Part shown: piece by piece, positions 25,336 through 39,065 of the stretch
Numbering within the stretch: position 1 is the stretch's first letter
Layout: every line of letters starts with the position of its first letter
Assembly (NCBI RefSeq): GCF_006345805.1
Contig: NC_042997.1
Coordinates: 52,018,001 to 52,082,000 of the forward strand
Length of the DNA: 64,000 nt
Direction of reading: 5' to 3'
Origin: Octopus sinensis
Taxonomy: Eukaryota
Notes under the pieces: generated by a model
What the model saw: the letters and a program-made list of their open reading frames with translations, nothing else
Told to the model about the DNA's origin: nothing
Databases searched by the model: none
Program-made: the position numbers and the translations under genes

Positions 25336-26031
25336 TTTATGACGGCGACTTCATACTCAAAATACGAAATACCAAACTGAACAAGACAGAGCATCATTCT
25401 AACAATAGATATGAAAACTACTGAATCACCTTCAAAACTTCGAATTATGTTGAACTGTTTACATACGATACAAAGTAACATGTAAATAATGCATTATTGT
25501 TATTATTATTGAGGGAGAGGGCAGCACACTCCATCAAAGTGACGCTGGTATAAAAATATACAAGGCCAAATATACCCATCATGACTATCCGGTTGATAAG
25601 GGTACACCAGACGCATGCATCACCAAATATGTGCGACATGGTGACCTCATATTAACATAAACAGCGCATGAACTTGTAGGTGGGACCCAGGAAGAATTAC
25701 CTTCAGTTCGAGGAGCCCATTCCATTCAAAAGGTCCCTGAATAAGGATTGTTTACAGATGGGGAGCAAAACACCCTTGTTTCCAGGGGTGAATTATTCGA
25801 ACCCCCAAAAGAATTCCTCTCAACACATGTTCCCCCACTACCCCTGGGAGTACATATCGCCAGCCACTAAGTGACATGATCAACTGGTTAAGGTCAAACA
25901 ACTGACATGCAAATCTGTGGTATCGAGTAAAATATTTGCTTTAGCCCATCTTTTACACCAAGTCTAAAAACATGCAATTAGTTAAGATGAGAAACCATGA
26001 GATCTACTGCATGGTACTGCATCAAGGAATT

Positions 26032-26836
26032 TTATTATTATTTTCTCTTTATCATAAGTTTTGTTGGAGTTTCTGGAGTCTTGCACGCGTAGCGCGCTTA
26101 CTACCTGCAGCATACGGTACCATGCTATTCATTCTTTTCAACTATCTGATACTTTCCTGATTATTCTGGCCGTGCCAAGGAAGCAAAACTTTTGCAACAG
26201 TTCTACTGGGCACTCTATTCTAATTTCCTTTATATTCCTCTTGATGCCTTTTGATACTGTTCCCAAGAACCCAACAATAATTGATACTGTCTTCACCTTC
26301 TTCATTTTCCATATCCGGGCTATTTCGTACTTAAGAGGGTTGTATCCATCTATCTTTTCGCCTTCCTTCTTGACTATACGTGAGTCAAAGGGACATGCAA
26401 CATCAGCTATATAGCATATGTGGTGCACCTTGTCCATCGCCGGTAGGTTCGGTCTGTTATGCTCTAGCACCTGATCTGTTTGGATTGGGAAATCCCAGAG
26501 AATTTTGCTAGTCTCCTACTCCTCCACTCTCTAACCACCACTTTTCGCAGTTTCCAACGTAGCACTTTCCCTACCTGGTCGTGTCGCCGCAACTTGTAGT
26601 GGTTTGGGGCAAGTCTAGGGCATTGGTTCGTGATATGGGCGATGGTTTCATCCACTCTATTGCAAATGTGGCACAGCGGAGACACTTTCTCATTCCTACG
26701 GTTGACCCTCCAGTTAGTGGCCAAAGCTTGGCCTTGCGCTACCAGTATAGTGCTCTCGGTTTCTTTTTTTTAGGGTCCCTTTCATCAGCCAATCCCACCT
26801 ATTTTTTCCAGCAACTTCTGTTGTGACTACATGGAA

Positions 26837-26840
<4 letters not shown>
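26032..26840 (-). mobile_element. R4/Dong-clade LINE, 5'-truncated, degenerate (copy 1)
   Basis: Zinc knuckle CHICNRVDETIAHITNQC and restriction-like endonuclease HNRP..IADVACP..EK...Y..L; bounded by (ATT)n. Confidence 0.85.
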
Positions 26841-26896
<56 letters not shown>

Positions 26897-26897
<1 letters not shown>

Positions 26898-27713
26898 CAT
26901 TGTCATTTACTTTTAATCTGCATGTTTGATGCAATCACCTGCCGGGGCACACCCAGCGCCCTAGGGCAAGTGAAGGTTAAGAGTTGTTGAAATACAGCTG
27001 AAAGCTTGGGGAGGGGAAGTAGAGATATATCTCCATGTAATGCAAACACAGACATTTACATTGATAGGGTTTTTCTAAGGATGTGGGCAGTACTTGTTAG
27101 CACAATCTTTTGGATTTCCTTGAGACATGGTTTTCCAGGGATATTGTCTAGGTGTTTCTGACATCCCTTTTTTATCATACCTAGGGCACCTACAATAACA
27201 GGAACAGTTTTTGTTTTAAGATTCCACATCCTCTGTATTTCGATTTCCAGGTCCTTATATTTACTAAGTTTGTCAAATTCCTTGACAGATACATTTTTAT
27301 CAGTGGGGACGCTTACTTCTATTAGTCTGCAGGTATTTTCTTCCCTGTCTTTAACAATTATGTCTGGTCGATTAGCCTTGATCGTTCTGTCAGTGTTGAC
27401 TGGAAAATCCCAGAGGATGGTGACATCTTTACCTTCAACAACTGGCTGAGGATGGTGTTCGTACCAGTTAGCAGGAGTGTCGGATTTGTAGTGTTTACAT
27501 ATCTTCCAATGTATATACTGTCCTACCCTATCGTGGCGATTTTTGTATTCGTTTGGTGTCAGCACAGGACATCCCGAAACGAGATGGTCTATCGTTTCGT
27601 CAAATGTGTCGCAGAATCTGCATTTAGGGTCAGTACCGTTTCGGAGAACGTTAGCCTGGTAATTTCTGGTAAACAAGCTTTGATCTTGTGCTGCCATTAT
27701 GAAACCTTCAGTC
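26897..27713 (-). mobile_element. R4/Dong-clade LINE, 5'-truncated, open reading frame (copy 2)
   Basis: ORF 27056..27697: CRFC...HLVSGC knuckle and NRPDIIV...IEVSVP...K..KYKDL restriction-like endonuclease, uninterrupted; (ATT)n on both sides. Confidence 0.9.
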
Positions 27714-27731
27714 TTATTATTATTATTATTA

Positions 27732-27791
<60 letters not shown>

Positions 27792-29620
27792 GCTTTTGCA
27801 CAGCTTCTAACGCTGGAGATGTACTACGGTGTCAGCTGTTCACTACCAGTGAACTAAGATAACACCACTTATTTTTCAAGCACCTTCCGGAGTATTCGAG
27901 CGGTTCCAAGCAGTGCTGCTTTCTGCAAGTACTCCACCCTTATTGCAGCCCCTATTCCATGTACTTATCAAGATTTTTACTCATATAATTTCAAATCATC
28001 CATGTACAGCAATTGTGAGATGATCTTGTCAAACATTTTGCAACTGTAATTAGTCCTGTTGAAATCGTGGAACAAGGGAATGAGGGAAAGGAGAGAGTGA
28101 ATCGTCTTGGAATATTTCACGATCTATTTTGATCTTCTTTGGCATATTCAAGCCTGTGTTGTAGAAAGCCTTTACGAAAGGAAAGATCTTGTATATATTT
28201 AGTGCCTTTAAGATTCAGCTATGTGGAACACTATCAAACTCCTTACGATAGTCAATCAATGCTGTGCTAAGATTTTTTTTTTTTTACGAGCAATTTTCAA
28301 ATATCATGCGGTTTATTAATAGCCGGTCGTCGCAGCCGTATGAGTTTCTTTTCACCTTTTTGGTTCAAGAAGAAGGATGTTGTTTTGATCAAGAAATTGG
28401 CACACCCTTTCGGCGAGGCTGGAAATAAGTATTTTGTACATAGTTGTCAAACAAGCCCATAGTTTGGGGGATTGCGTCGCTCCTTTTAGGGAGTAGGTAT
28501 GTTATCCCTAATGTGTGCTAGTTTGAAGCCCTTTCGAGGTTTCTGATAATATTAGAGGAACATTTCACTAACTGGCGGTGTGATGACGAGCGGCTATTAA
28601 GCCAGAAGTTTGAGATTTTACCATGACGATTTCCATATTTAAGCGTTCTACCCACCTTGGCTGTCCGTGCGCTTTTTTGTGAGCCTTTTTGCTTTTGTTT
28701 TGAGCCTGTTTTCTTTGTGGCAGCAATAAATGTTGAGTATATAAAATGGTTTAACGAAGTTAAATATCGCTGTTTCAAAAAGAAGCTGCTTCAGGGCAGA
28801 GGGATATTTTGATCGTACATCGATTTGACTTGGTGTTCTGAAACTTTGGTGATCGCTCTCCCTCTCTCATTAATTTCTTGATATTTAGAAATACCTAGCT
28901 CTCTCAGGATATCGCTTTTTGCCTCAAGTATTTTCTCTCCATTGGCTTCAGCGAATGCATCAGTCATTGCAGCTTCAAATTCATTCTTCATTCTTACTTT
29001 CTTTTACCTCAGTTTCAGCTCAGCCAACTACTACTTTAGGTTTTAAGTTGCCTACATCAATATCATGTTCGAGGGTGTTTCGATCAATAGGTTGAATGTT
29101 TTCCTGTTCATTATTCCCGGTGCCTAAGGCGGCGAGCTAGCAGAAACGTTAGCACGCCGGGCGAAATGCATAACAGTATTTCGTCTGTCTTAATGTTCAG
29201 AGTTCAAATTCCGCCGAGGTCGACTTTGCCTTTCATCCTTTCAGGGTTGATAAATTAAGTACCAGTTGCGTACTGGGGTCAATGTAATCGACTGCTCCCC
29301 ACCAAAACAATTTCGGGCCTTGTACCTAGTGTAGAAAAGATTATTCCCAGCGCATGCTCTGTGGGGCTTTAACCTGATTTTCTGGGATGATGTTAACATT
29401 ATTCGCATTTGTCTCAAATTCTGAAGGTGTCAGATGGTTATTACGTAAGATGTCTCTGCGTACGTTGGCAAATTTGTTTGCATCAATATAATCACAGATG
29501 TCATCTCCTATCATTTCTCTCCAGATATTGAAACGCAACTCACTTTTATTATGTCCTGCTTGGTTAAGTGCTGTCATGAGTTACAATTACATACCCTATA
29601 CCTCACGTCATGGACACTTC
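27792..29620 (-). mobile_element. R4/Dong-clade LINE, internally deleted and degenerate (copy 3)
   Basis: C-terminus LQKAALLGTARILRKVLEK*. RT remnants GC.DRLLIN and LLYMDDLKLY at ~27960-28500. N-terminal remnants in ORFs 28518..28778 and 29341..29577. Confidence 0.75.
29128..29340 (+). mobile_element. SINE family A nested in Dong copy 3
   Basis: ggcggcgagctagcagaaacgttagcacgccgggcg head; attattccc occurs on both flanks. Confidence 0.85.
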
Positions 29621-30495
29621 TCTCTCCCTCTCTTTTTCCCCTCCCTCTTTTTCCCCCTCCCTCTTTTTCTCTCTCCCTCTTTTCTTTCTCCCACGTTTTC
29701 TCTAATAACATGAAAGCATTACCGCCGGGCTAAGTAACGCAATGACAAGTGGAATTATTATAAGATTCAATGGGGGCGGTTTCAATCAAACTCCTGATGA
29801 GTGGTATTCGATTAGGCCGATACATAACCTAGATGCACCAATGGAAATAAATAGCCACTCTTATTGAAGAAGCTGTTTTTAATGAGCTGAAAACTATCCA
29901 GTAATCTGTTATTGCACCCCAGTGAACATTCCGGCTCTAATGTTGAACATTCCAACTCTAATGTTTTCGAGATCTTTTCTCATAAACATCTCATAGCTAT
30001 AAACTGCAGAGGTCGCAATGTTCCCTCCTTCAGTGTGGTATAAATATTTATGTATCGTCACAGAGACCTAAAACCTGCTTTGTATTAAAACTCGCTCGAT
30101 CTGTTTTCTTTCTTTTCTTGCCATTTTAACTGTTTAGTAATTACTGCGACGTAACTAAAACCTCAGTATAATTTTCTTTCTCTTTTCATTGCCCTTCTTC
30201 TAATTTATTGCTAAAGGCCGCTTTGATTCTATGGACAGATACGCACATGCGCGCAGAAACTAAAATATAAGATTTTTTAAACGAAATGACACTTCAATGT
30301 GTAATACAAAGAATGTATTACAGTTTTACGACTTTTAGGCTGACATTGAGAGAGACTAGTTCTGTTATATGAGACAAGGGTGTAGGGAGTCTGTAACCTC
30401 TCTCTTTTGTGTGCCGAAGACGGTGCTGCATTGTTTACGGATAATTTATTGAGACATTTCTACCCAAGCATGTTTCTACGCCCAGAAAAAAAGGC

Positions 30496-30565
<70 letters not shown>

Positions 30566-30568
30566 TGT

Positions 30569-30604
<36 letters not shown>

Positions 30605-32056
30605 CGTGTGCATATATATGTGTGTATATATGTGTGTGTGTATGTATGTATATGTATGTCTATATATATATATATGTATATATACACATACATACATACA
30701 CACATTCACTCATATACAGGATATGGATAAAATAATGGAAACTTCTTGTTAAAACGAAAATTTATTATTTAATACGGAGTTGGTCAAACTTGGGCATCAT
30801 GCACTGTTCGATGGTCTTTAAACATATGTTTCTCTATTCTGCGGTTTCTCGCTGTGAGCTTTGCCTTTCGTCCAGAATAATGCGTACCAGAGCTGGTATT
30901 GCCTTGTTTTTATATGGTTTTAGAAACAGTATTTCGGAAATAAGATATGCCATGTAATTGAACTTATTTACATACAAATATCCGTCACTAATATATACTC
31001 TCCCGCTTTTGGAGATTTTAACAGTTAAAATTTTCTTTGTTATTTTTCGTTGACACATTCCAGTCCCACTCTGTTTGCATTCGATTGTCTTGTACCGTCC
31101 TCATTGTTTTTACATGAACCTTCAGTGGTTAATAAATAAAGGACTATTACTATAACAATTATTATTATTGTTGTTGTTGGTATTGAGTGAGAGAGCAGTG
31201 CATGCCATCAAAGTGACACTGGGGTAAAATATACGAAGCCCAGTATACCTATCATGACTACCCGTCTGATAAGGTTACATCAGGCGCATACACCACAACC
31301 ATATGTGCGCGACATGGTGATCTCATATCAAGATAAATAGCGCATAACCTTGCAGGTGGGGCCCAGTTAGAATTTTCTTCTGGTCAAGTAGTCCATCCCG
31401 CTCAAAAGGTACCTGAATGAGGTTTGTTTAAGGATGTTAAACGAACCACCCATGTTTCCAAATGTGAATTATCCAAACCTCCAAGAATTCCTTTCAACAC
31501 ACGGCTATGATGCTTCCCCACTACTGCTCGTGATCAGAGATGCACATATCGCCTTTCCTTTCCCCAGAGTCGATAAAATAAAATACTACCCAAGTGCTTG
31601 TGTCGGGAGCATCAGCTAAGTCCTTACCCATTCGAATATTCTACATTAGAAGTATATTTATGCGTGTATTTTCTTTGGAATTAAAGCTTTTACCTTTGAG
31701 AAATTCAAGCCGGGATTCAAGTGACAAAGTTCATTTAAGTTATGACAGCTCTGCGGGGTTGTGAATATCTGAACTGGATGGCGTATGTGCATATGTCTGG
31801 ATAAACTTGTACTTGTGCAGCAGCTGTGCATGTCACGTTAATGCACGAGTGTAAACCTCATTACAGTGTGTGTGTGTGTATGTATTTGTGTGATTGCGTG
31901 CATGCATTCACGTGTGTGCTTGTCTGTGTTTGTGTTACAGCATGCTTGCATTCACCTAGAAACTTTAAATGGAGAATCCAAGGAATATTTTACAATAATT
32001 CACTGTGCCTCTAATAGATTTTTTTGGAGAACACGAATCAATTTTCTTTGTCCTTT

Positions 32057-32105
<49 letters not shown>

Positions 32106-32309
32106 TTTCTTTCTTTCTTTCTTTACAACTGCACCCTTTCGACGCTTTTATGTCATTCTCTTGTTACAAAGCCTAGTACACTTATGACAATAGCTAAAAC
32201 TGAAAATCTGTTGTCTGCGTATAAGAGCGTCTAGATGCATTCATTGTCTTATAATGTTATAGAAAGAGAGAAGAAAACCTTAGCAATGCAGAAAATAAAA
32301 CATGCAATT

Positions 32310-32930
32310 TTATCATTTTAAATATCTTCGTATTTTATTTATTTCCGACTCAAATAAAAATTTTTTAAAGTTTTTCTTTTAAAATCAACTATTCTTGTCC
32401 ATGACCAGAAGTCGGTTAAGAATTTTCCAATCTGACAGCAGTCGTAGCATTCTCTGGCATTCGTTGCAAACATTCGTCAGATTACTGTATTCAGTTCTTC
32501 TGACCTGTAAGATGCTAATTGAATAAAATAAAACGTTAACAAATTACTGCGAAACATCCGGCTTCATGTGAAATGTGGGTCTGGAGTATATATGAGGGTC
32601 TAGAACGTATAAATGCGTCATGTACTTCAGTTACATTTTTTCGCATGAAGCCGGATGTTTTGAAGTAATTTACGTTTTTGTTTTATTCAGCTGTTAACAT
32701 TCTACGAAAAATAAAAAGAAAAAAAATGAACATATAGAACTGAAAATGGTCATTTGGTGAGTGGGAGCAATAAATCCCGAGAATACCAACACTGTTATTT
32801 GATGAGGAAAATTATCAGTCACTCTCCGGGTCAAGATAAGAACAGTTGATTTTGAAAGATTACATTTGGAAAAGAGTCTTTTTATTTTTATAACATAAAA
32901 TATTTAAAATAATAAAACTGTGGTGTAGAA
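32310..32930. mobile_element. Palindromic MITE with nested inner and outer inverted arms
   Basis: Inner arms aaacatccggcttcatg / catgaagccggatgttt; outer arms aaaatcaactattctt / aagaacagttgatttt. Confidence 0.65.
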
Positions 32931-33037
32931 CTCAATATACTTATGATTCAGAAGGGGTCCAGAGCGGTAATAAGAAAAAGAGATAACAAAGGAGTAAACG
33001 ATTATCGTATGAACTTCATTAGCTGTTTCTTCTATAA

Positions 33038-36000
33038 CAGTGGTTTTACTACCACACCTCCCCTAGGAATTTGTTCTTCTCTCCACGCCTCCTTTGTATC
33101 TATGAATAAAATTAATTAGTCACATTATACAAAATATGTATAATTTTATATATAATCTCATTATACAAAAAGTGAGATACTTGACACTGCTTCTTAGCAA
33201 AAAAAAATAACGTTTTTTTTTTTATTGAATATGAATTAGTCACATTATTAGTGAGATACTTGACACTGCTTCTTAGTTACAAGATCTTGAATGCGTAGTT
33301 GAATGCCAGAGTGCACAACGTAAGTCCCTTTCAACGGTCAGCCTGTTTCTGTACTTGGTCTTGACAGCAACGAGCGTGGAAAATGCAGCTTCACAAAGAT
33401 ACGTGGCTCCAAACATAGCTAAAATCCGAAAAACCTGATGTGAGATCAGAGGGTAAACAAGAAGGTACTTGATCCAGAACGTTTCAAGATCCAGTTCTTT
33501 GAAGTCTTCTTTAGGTGGGGAGTTGAGCTTCAGCTCAAGAAACTCCTCTTACACTTCATCCAAAACATCAGTCACTTCACACTGAAATGGGTTCCTGATG
33601 AATTTCCAAGCTTCACACTTTTCATCTATATCTGAGAAGTATCTGATGAATTCTGTTTTCAAGCCAGTTAGATGAGTGATTATTTGTTTCTTTAACTCAG
33701 AATCAAGGCTACTGGGAATGAGAGCAGAATCCAAGTAACTAAAACTGGTTGTATTTCTCTGCTGAATTCAATATCTCCAGAGGTCAAGTTTGGCCATGAA
33801 GATTCGAATGGTGTCGTGGTGCATGAGAATGTTGAGGTTTTTCCCTTGTAGTTTAAGGTCGAGAGCATTCAATGCTTCGAAGATGTCCACCAAGTAAACC
33901 AGAGATAGCTGAAAGTCTTCAGACTGGAACTTGTGGAGATCTGCCTTCTGTTGCAAATCTAGAAATATTGCAACTTCTCATAGTTCATAAAGCCATCCAA
34001 GCATGTTCCCCTTTGATAGCCATCATACATTCATGTGAAAAAGCAATGCTTCATGTTCAGATTCCATATCCTTACACAGCAGTTTAAAAATACAACTGTT
34101 TAAGACTCCACCTTTAACAAAGTTGACAACCTTGATAGCCACATTCAAGACATTTCTCATTTCAGTAGGTAAGGTTCTGGATGCTAAGGCTTCACGATGA
34201 AGTATGCAGTGTGTACTGATAACAGATGGATTTTTTTCTTTCACCCTAGTAATGAATCCAGACTGCAAACCAAGCATGGCATACCCTCAGTTCACACCCC
34301 TACCAGCGAATCCCACGGAAGTTGGTTTTCCTGAAAGAAGTTTGATACATCACGAAAAATAGCTGCTGCTGTTGTACAACTATCCATAGGATGACAGAAC
34401 AACATTTCCTCTTTAACACAATTGCCTAACACAAAATAAACATATAGCAGTAGCTCAGAACACTGAGCAATCTCAGTCGTTTCGTCACACTGGATGGCAA
34501 AAACAAGAATCTCTTACTTGGTCGAGAATTTGATCTTTGATGTCGTGAGACAAGTCATCGATCCTTCCCTTGACTGTATCGCTTGATAGTGAATTCTGGA
34601 AAAGCGTGTTTGCTCTGTCTTTTCCCCGAACAAGTTCTGCTGCGCGGAGTAGACTTGGTTTTATGAGAGACTCCCCGATGTTATGGCTCTTCTTGCTCTT
34701 TGCAATCAACATGGCGATCTCATAGGAAACCTCAACAACAATGGGTTCCTGATGAATTTCCAAGCTTGTTGCCATAATGCCCCACTACCGTCCAACTTAG
34801 CCTGCTTCAAGGATTGTCTTTTTATTTCAAAGAATGCCTTGGGTTTGTCTGCAAGAACAGGATGTGCTGTCCTCAAATGGCGTTCCTAGCATGAGGGTCG
34901 TATTCCATCACTGTTCAAAGTTTTGTAACATATCACACACTGGGGGACTTCTGTGTCACTCTTTTAGAGGGAAACGAATCCAAATCGAATATATTCGTCA
35001 AGATACTTTTGTTTCTTCGTACTCATTGCGAATTATTGGATGTGCAGTGAACAACACAAACATGCGAACAAAAGATAAGGCACGTGTAAGGTAATGTCAA
35101 GGCCAAGTTAGAACCTTTCGAGTAAAAATTTCTGAAAAAAAATTAAAGCAAAATAATTTGGAATAAAAGTTAAATTAAAAGAAAAGTTATACGAAAATTT
35201 GTACAATAAAATATTGTATTTTTTTTTGTATGAAAATATAAAAAAAGTTTCTTTAAGAAAAAAAAAATTTGCAGAGCTTTTAGTTTTATCTAGTACTTTC
35301 AACAATATTTAAATCTGAACTTTAGTTTAACATTTGGCTTTATATTATAATATTTTTTCTTACAAAAAATTTACTACTTTTAACATAAATATTTAATATT
35401 TAGAAAAACTTTTTCCTATCTGTGTTTTAATTTTTTTGAGACTTTATTAAATTGAGAGATAGTAGAAACTATTACATACTTTTTGTTTTATTTCCTATTT
35501 TTAAATATATCATACTTTTCATCTTGTTAAAATTTTTAAATAGTTTTCAATTTTTTAAATTAAGTTAATATTTTTTAGTATGTTACTATAAGGATTTGAT
35601 AATGTTTCGGCATGTCCCTTGATTTTTAAGAATCACATTATTTCATATACATGAAAACTGTGGATCAAACTTATAATCTACTAACTGAAAACGATGCTTC
35701 TCTTTACACGATAATATCTAAGCTTTATACCAGTGGTCCTTAACCTGAGTCTTGTTGTAATAAAAAAAATTACAAAATAAAGGCAAATGTTAAAGCTACA
35801 ATTCAGAATTAGTGAGGTTTTTGAGGAATATGAAGTGGGGGCCAATAAGTACAGAAAATGGTAAGCGGCGCTAAGATAGTAGAATAAAAAAACTAAAGAT
35901 ATAAGGCGATGCTTTTGCATTTTTTCATAAACTTCTCATTATTTGACCATGTTCCCGTTAAGAGAATAACAAATATAATTAGAGAAATTCCTGCTTTTTC

Positions 36001-36073
36001 TCAAAGGCTCGTCCCACCCCCCTTGGAAATTGATGACGCCCCCTGGGGGCGCCCCGTAGGTTAAGTACCACTA
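33038..36073 (-). mobile_element. hAT (Buster/Charlie-type) DNA transposon with 8-bp TSD
   Basis: TSD ttctataa at 33030-33037 and 36074-36081. Ends cagtggtttt / aggttaagtaccacta. Inserted into a copy of the repeat that forms the 131-1080 arms. Confidence 0.85.
33248..35026 (-). pseudogene. Buster-type hAT transposase pseudogene (ZBED5/ZBED8-like family)
   Basis: MSTKK..Y..EYIRFGF, BED finger PQCVIC..HL..H, HCILHREALAS, and C-terminal dimerisation motif TYLCEAAFS..VAVKTKYRNRL; several stops and frameshifts. Confidence 0.9.
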
Positions 36074-36489
36074 TTCTATAAGATGCAGTGAACTCATAAC
36101 TGAGTGCCTAAGTAATATCGTATAGCTTCAACTGAGCCTCAAACACGAAGTGCAATTTATTTGGGAAAACAATTGAATTAATGCATATACACAGGAAATT
36201 ATTACCAATGAGAAGGTATACATGTAGGGGATGAAATCCAGGGCTCCTCCCATAATTAGAATTCCCAAATTATTTCCCAAATAAATTGCACTTCATATTT
36301 GAGGATCTGATGTATGTACTATGTATGTATGTGTGTATGTATGTATGTATGTATGTATGTATGTATGTATGTATGTATGTATGTATGTATGTATGTATGT
36401 ATGAATGTATATGCATATGCATATATGTGTAAGCACAAAAAGCTTGGACTATGCATAAGACAAGGAAAACTACAAACACGGGTAATAAT

Positions 36490-36665
36490 ACTCTTATCAA
36501 ATATAGCATTGTGTTGTTCTCCTTTTTTAACTGGATATTATTCGAAAGATTTAACTATTAAGGTTTTATTAAATAGATATAAATTTATTAATGAGGTCGA
36601 TTGGGATGTTTGGGGTTTGTTTAACTATATTATATTCAATGCAAATATCTATTTATATGTGGTGT
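36490..36665 (+). pseudogene. nad5: NUMT: nuclear copy of a mitochondrial NADH dehydrogenase subunit 5 fragment
   Basis: With the invertebrate mitochondrial code: SNMALCCSPFLTGYYSKDLTIKVLLNS, then after a 1-nt shift MNLLMSSIGMFGVCLTMLYSMQMS. This matches the ND5 motif SN(L/M)ALCG.PFL.GFYSKD.I.E. Confidence 0.8.
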
Positions 36666-37261
36666 CCATAAAAGAACGATGGCATCGAAGATCGAAGAAG
36701 TGTTACATTTTCTGTTTAAAGTGGAAACCGGTGTCCTTGTTGCACAGTCAGTGGAGACGGAGGAATTGGAAGCAGTAAATAGAAGTGGATTTGTCATGTG
36801 GAAAGAAAAGAGACAAATAAATTATATGGGAGTTGAGATCGGTGGTGGGTGCCAATAAAGTGTGTAAGAACTAAAATGCAACAAATTTGGAGCATTTAAC
36901 AACAAAATTGTTCCTCTCATAGTGCCGGCAGAAATACACCAAATGCTTCCTGGTAATGGTGTGCTGAAGACAGGATAGTATAAAAAGATTGGGACACCGA
37001 TACAGGATGATAAGCATGCAAAATGTATACAAATTTGCAAGAAATAAGGTAAGCCAAACATTTAACTTTGTCGACCTAATAAAAGGAAAAGGAATCACAG
37101 GAAATCAGAAGGGTATTCTGGAAAGAGATAGGCTCAGAGAAGTGGGCAGAGAGAATTAAGTAGAGAGAGTATGAAGACAGAGAACACCAGACAGCGAACT
37201 AGGGCAAGAGATGAAAGATAGATGAGATAAGGGAGGAGGGAGAGAGATAGCAATAGCTAGC

Positions 37262-37294
<33 letters not shown>

Positions 37295-38623
37295 AAAGAG
37301 AGAGAAAGAAAGAGAAAGAGAGGGGTTTGGACAATACGGTCGCTGAGATATATTAAAAAGCAATAATGTAGGTAAAAATGGCGTTACAATTAAATATATG
37401 AATAATTAAATACAGAGAATGCATGTCTGTGTGTTTATATATGTGTATGTGTGAATATATACATGTATGTATGTATGTATGTATGTATGTATGTATGTAT
37501 GTATGTATGTATGTATGTACGTATGTATGTATGTACGTATGTATGTATTCATGTATGTATGTATGTTTGTATGTATGTATGTATGTATTCATGTATGTAT
37601 GTATACATGCATTCACACACATATATAATACATGCACACGCATACGTATGTATATATATGTATATATAAAACAAAACTACCAATACAGTGTGATTATGAA
37701 TAAATATTTATATAGAAATCATATCTGGCAAATTTAATAAGCGCGTTTAATCTCCCTGTAGAAATGCAACCTGTATACAAATCATAGGAGTATTGATAAC
37801 AAAGAGTGAAGAGCGTTTGATAATTTCATATTTCATAACAATATTCAGGTATCACTTCACCTCGCAATGGCTGAAGTTACAAAGTATACAGCTTATAAAA
37901 AACACGAACATAACAAATTATAAGTGGTATAAAGAAATCTGCATAATAGCTCAAGGTTGACGGCGAAAATTATAGATAATTTGTATATATCAAGAAGTAC
38001 GAAACTACTCGGACACTTTTCACTCTAAAATTCTAGCTCGTTTTGACAACCTGCAAGACTAAAAGTATATTTATTAACACGTTTATTGAATATATTTAGC
38101 AAGACTAAATACGTGTTTATTAAGCATATCATATTTGATATGCTTAATAAACACGATTAGGTAAGAAGTTCACAAGATCTCGAGTTCGAACCCAATGCAT
38201 AGCATCCCATGTAGCTGTCTTTTGTCATAGGCCTTAAATCTACTCATGAAGTTGGGTAGAAGTATGAAGATATATATGCTTAATGTAGTGAGCGCCCATC
38301 AGAATTTCTATTAATTGATATTACACTGTAGTGAATAGCTTTAATGATAAATTCCGCTCAGAAAGGCAAGGCTGATAACTCTGAAATTTGAATTTATAAA
38401 AAAGTTCAATGGAAGAAAGCAGTATGGAGTGAGTTTAAACTCCGGTGTGTATAGTGATAACTCTGGATTCGATTTACTCTTATTAGACCTCCTCAGACCC
38501 TAGAACGAATGAGAGGTGTAAAGATTTTGAATGGATGAACATTGATCCGTCTGACAACATAAAATGATAATTAGGAAACATTTCCAAGAGACGCCTTCTG
38601 CATAAAAAATATAAAATTAAATA

Positions 38624-38787
38624 CAGGTGCAGGCGTGGTTGTGTAGTAAGACGCTTGTTTCATAATCACATGATTCCGGGTTCAGTCCCCATGCGTGGCA
38701 CCTTGGGCAAGATCTACTATATCCTCGAGCCGTCTAAAGTCTGGTGGAGGGGGTTTGGTAGACGGAAACTGAAAGATGCCTGTCGTT

Positions 38788-38840
<53 letters not shown>

Positions 38841-39065
38841 TGTGTGTGCGTGCGTGTGCGTGTGTGTCTTTGTGTCTATGTTTGTTCCCCCACCACCGCT
38901 TGACAACAGGTGGTGGTGTATTTGCGTCCCATATCTTAGCGATAGAGTAAGTATTAGGCGTAAAAAAGAAGCATTGGTGGGTCGATTCATTAGCCTAAAA
39001 AATTCAAGGCGATGCCCCAGCATGGCTGCAGTCTAATGACTGAAACAAGTAAAAGATAAAAGACA
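38624..39065 (+). mobile_element. Full-length SINE family B with internal (TG)n
   Basis: tRNA-like head, ccttgggcaag core, 3' tail gccccagcatggctgcagtctaatgactgaaacaag(taaaaga)n. Confidence 0.85.

Noticed and set aside
27452-27862. 136-aa plus-strand ORF
   Set aside because: Antisense to the Dong ORF and running through (TAT)n.
30834-31058. ORF with SKSGRVYISDGYLY, faintly FLYWCH/MULE-like
   Set aside because: The W/C/H residues of the domain are not evident.
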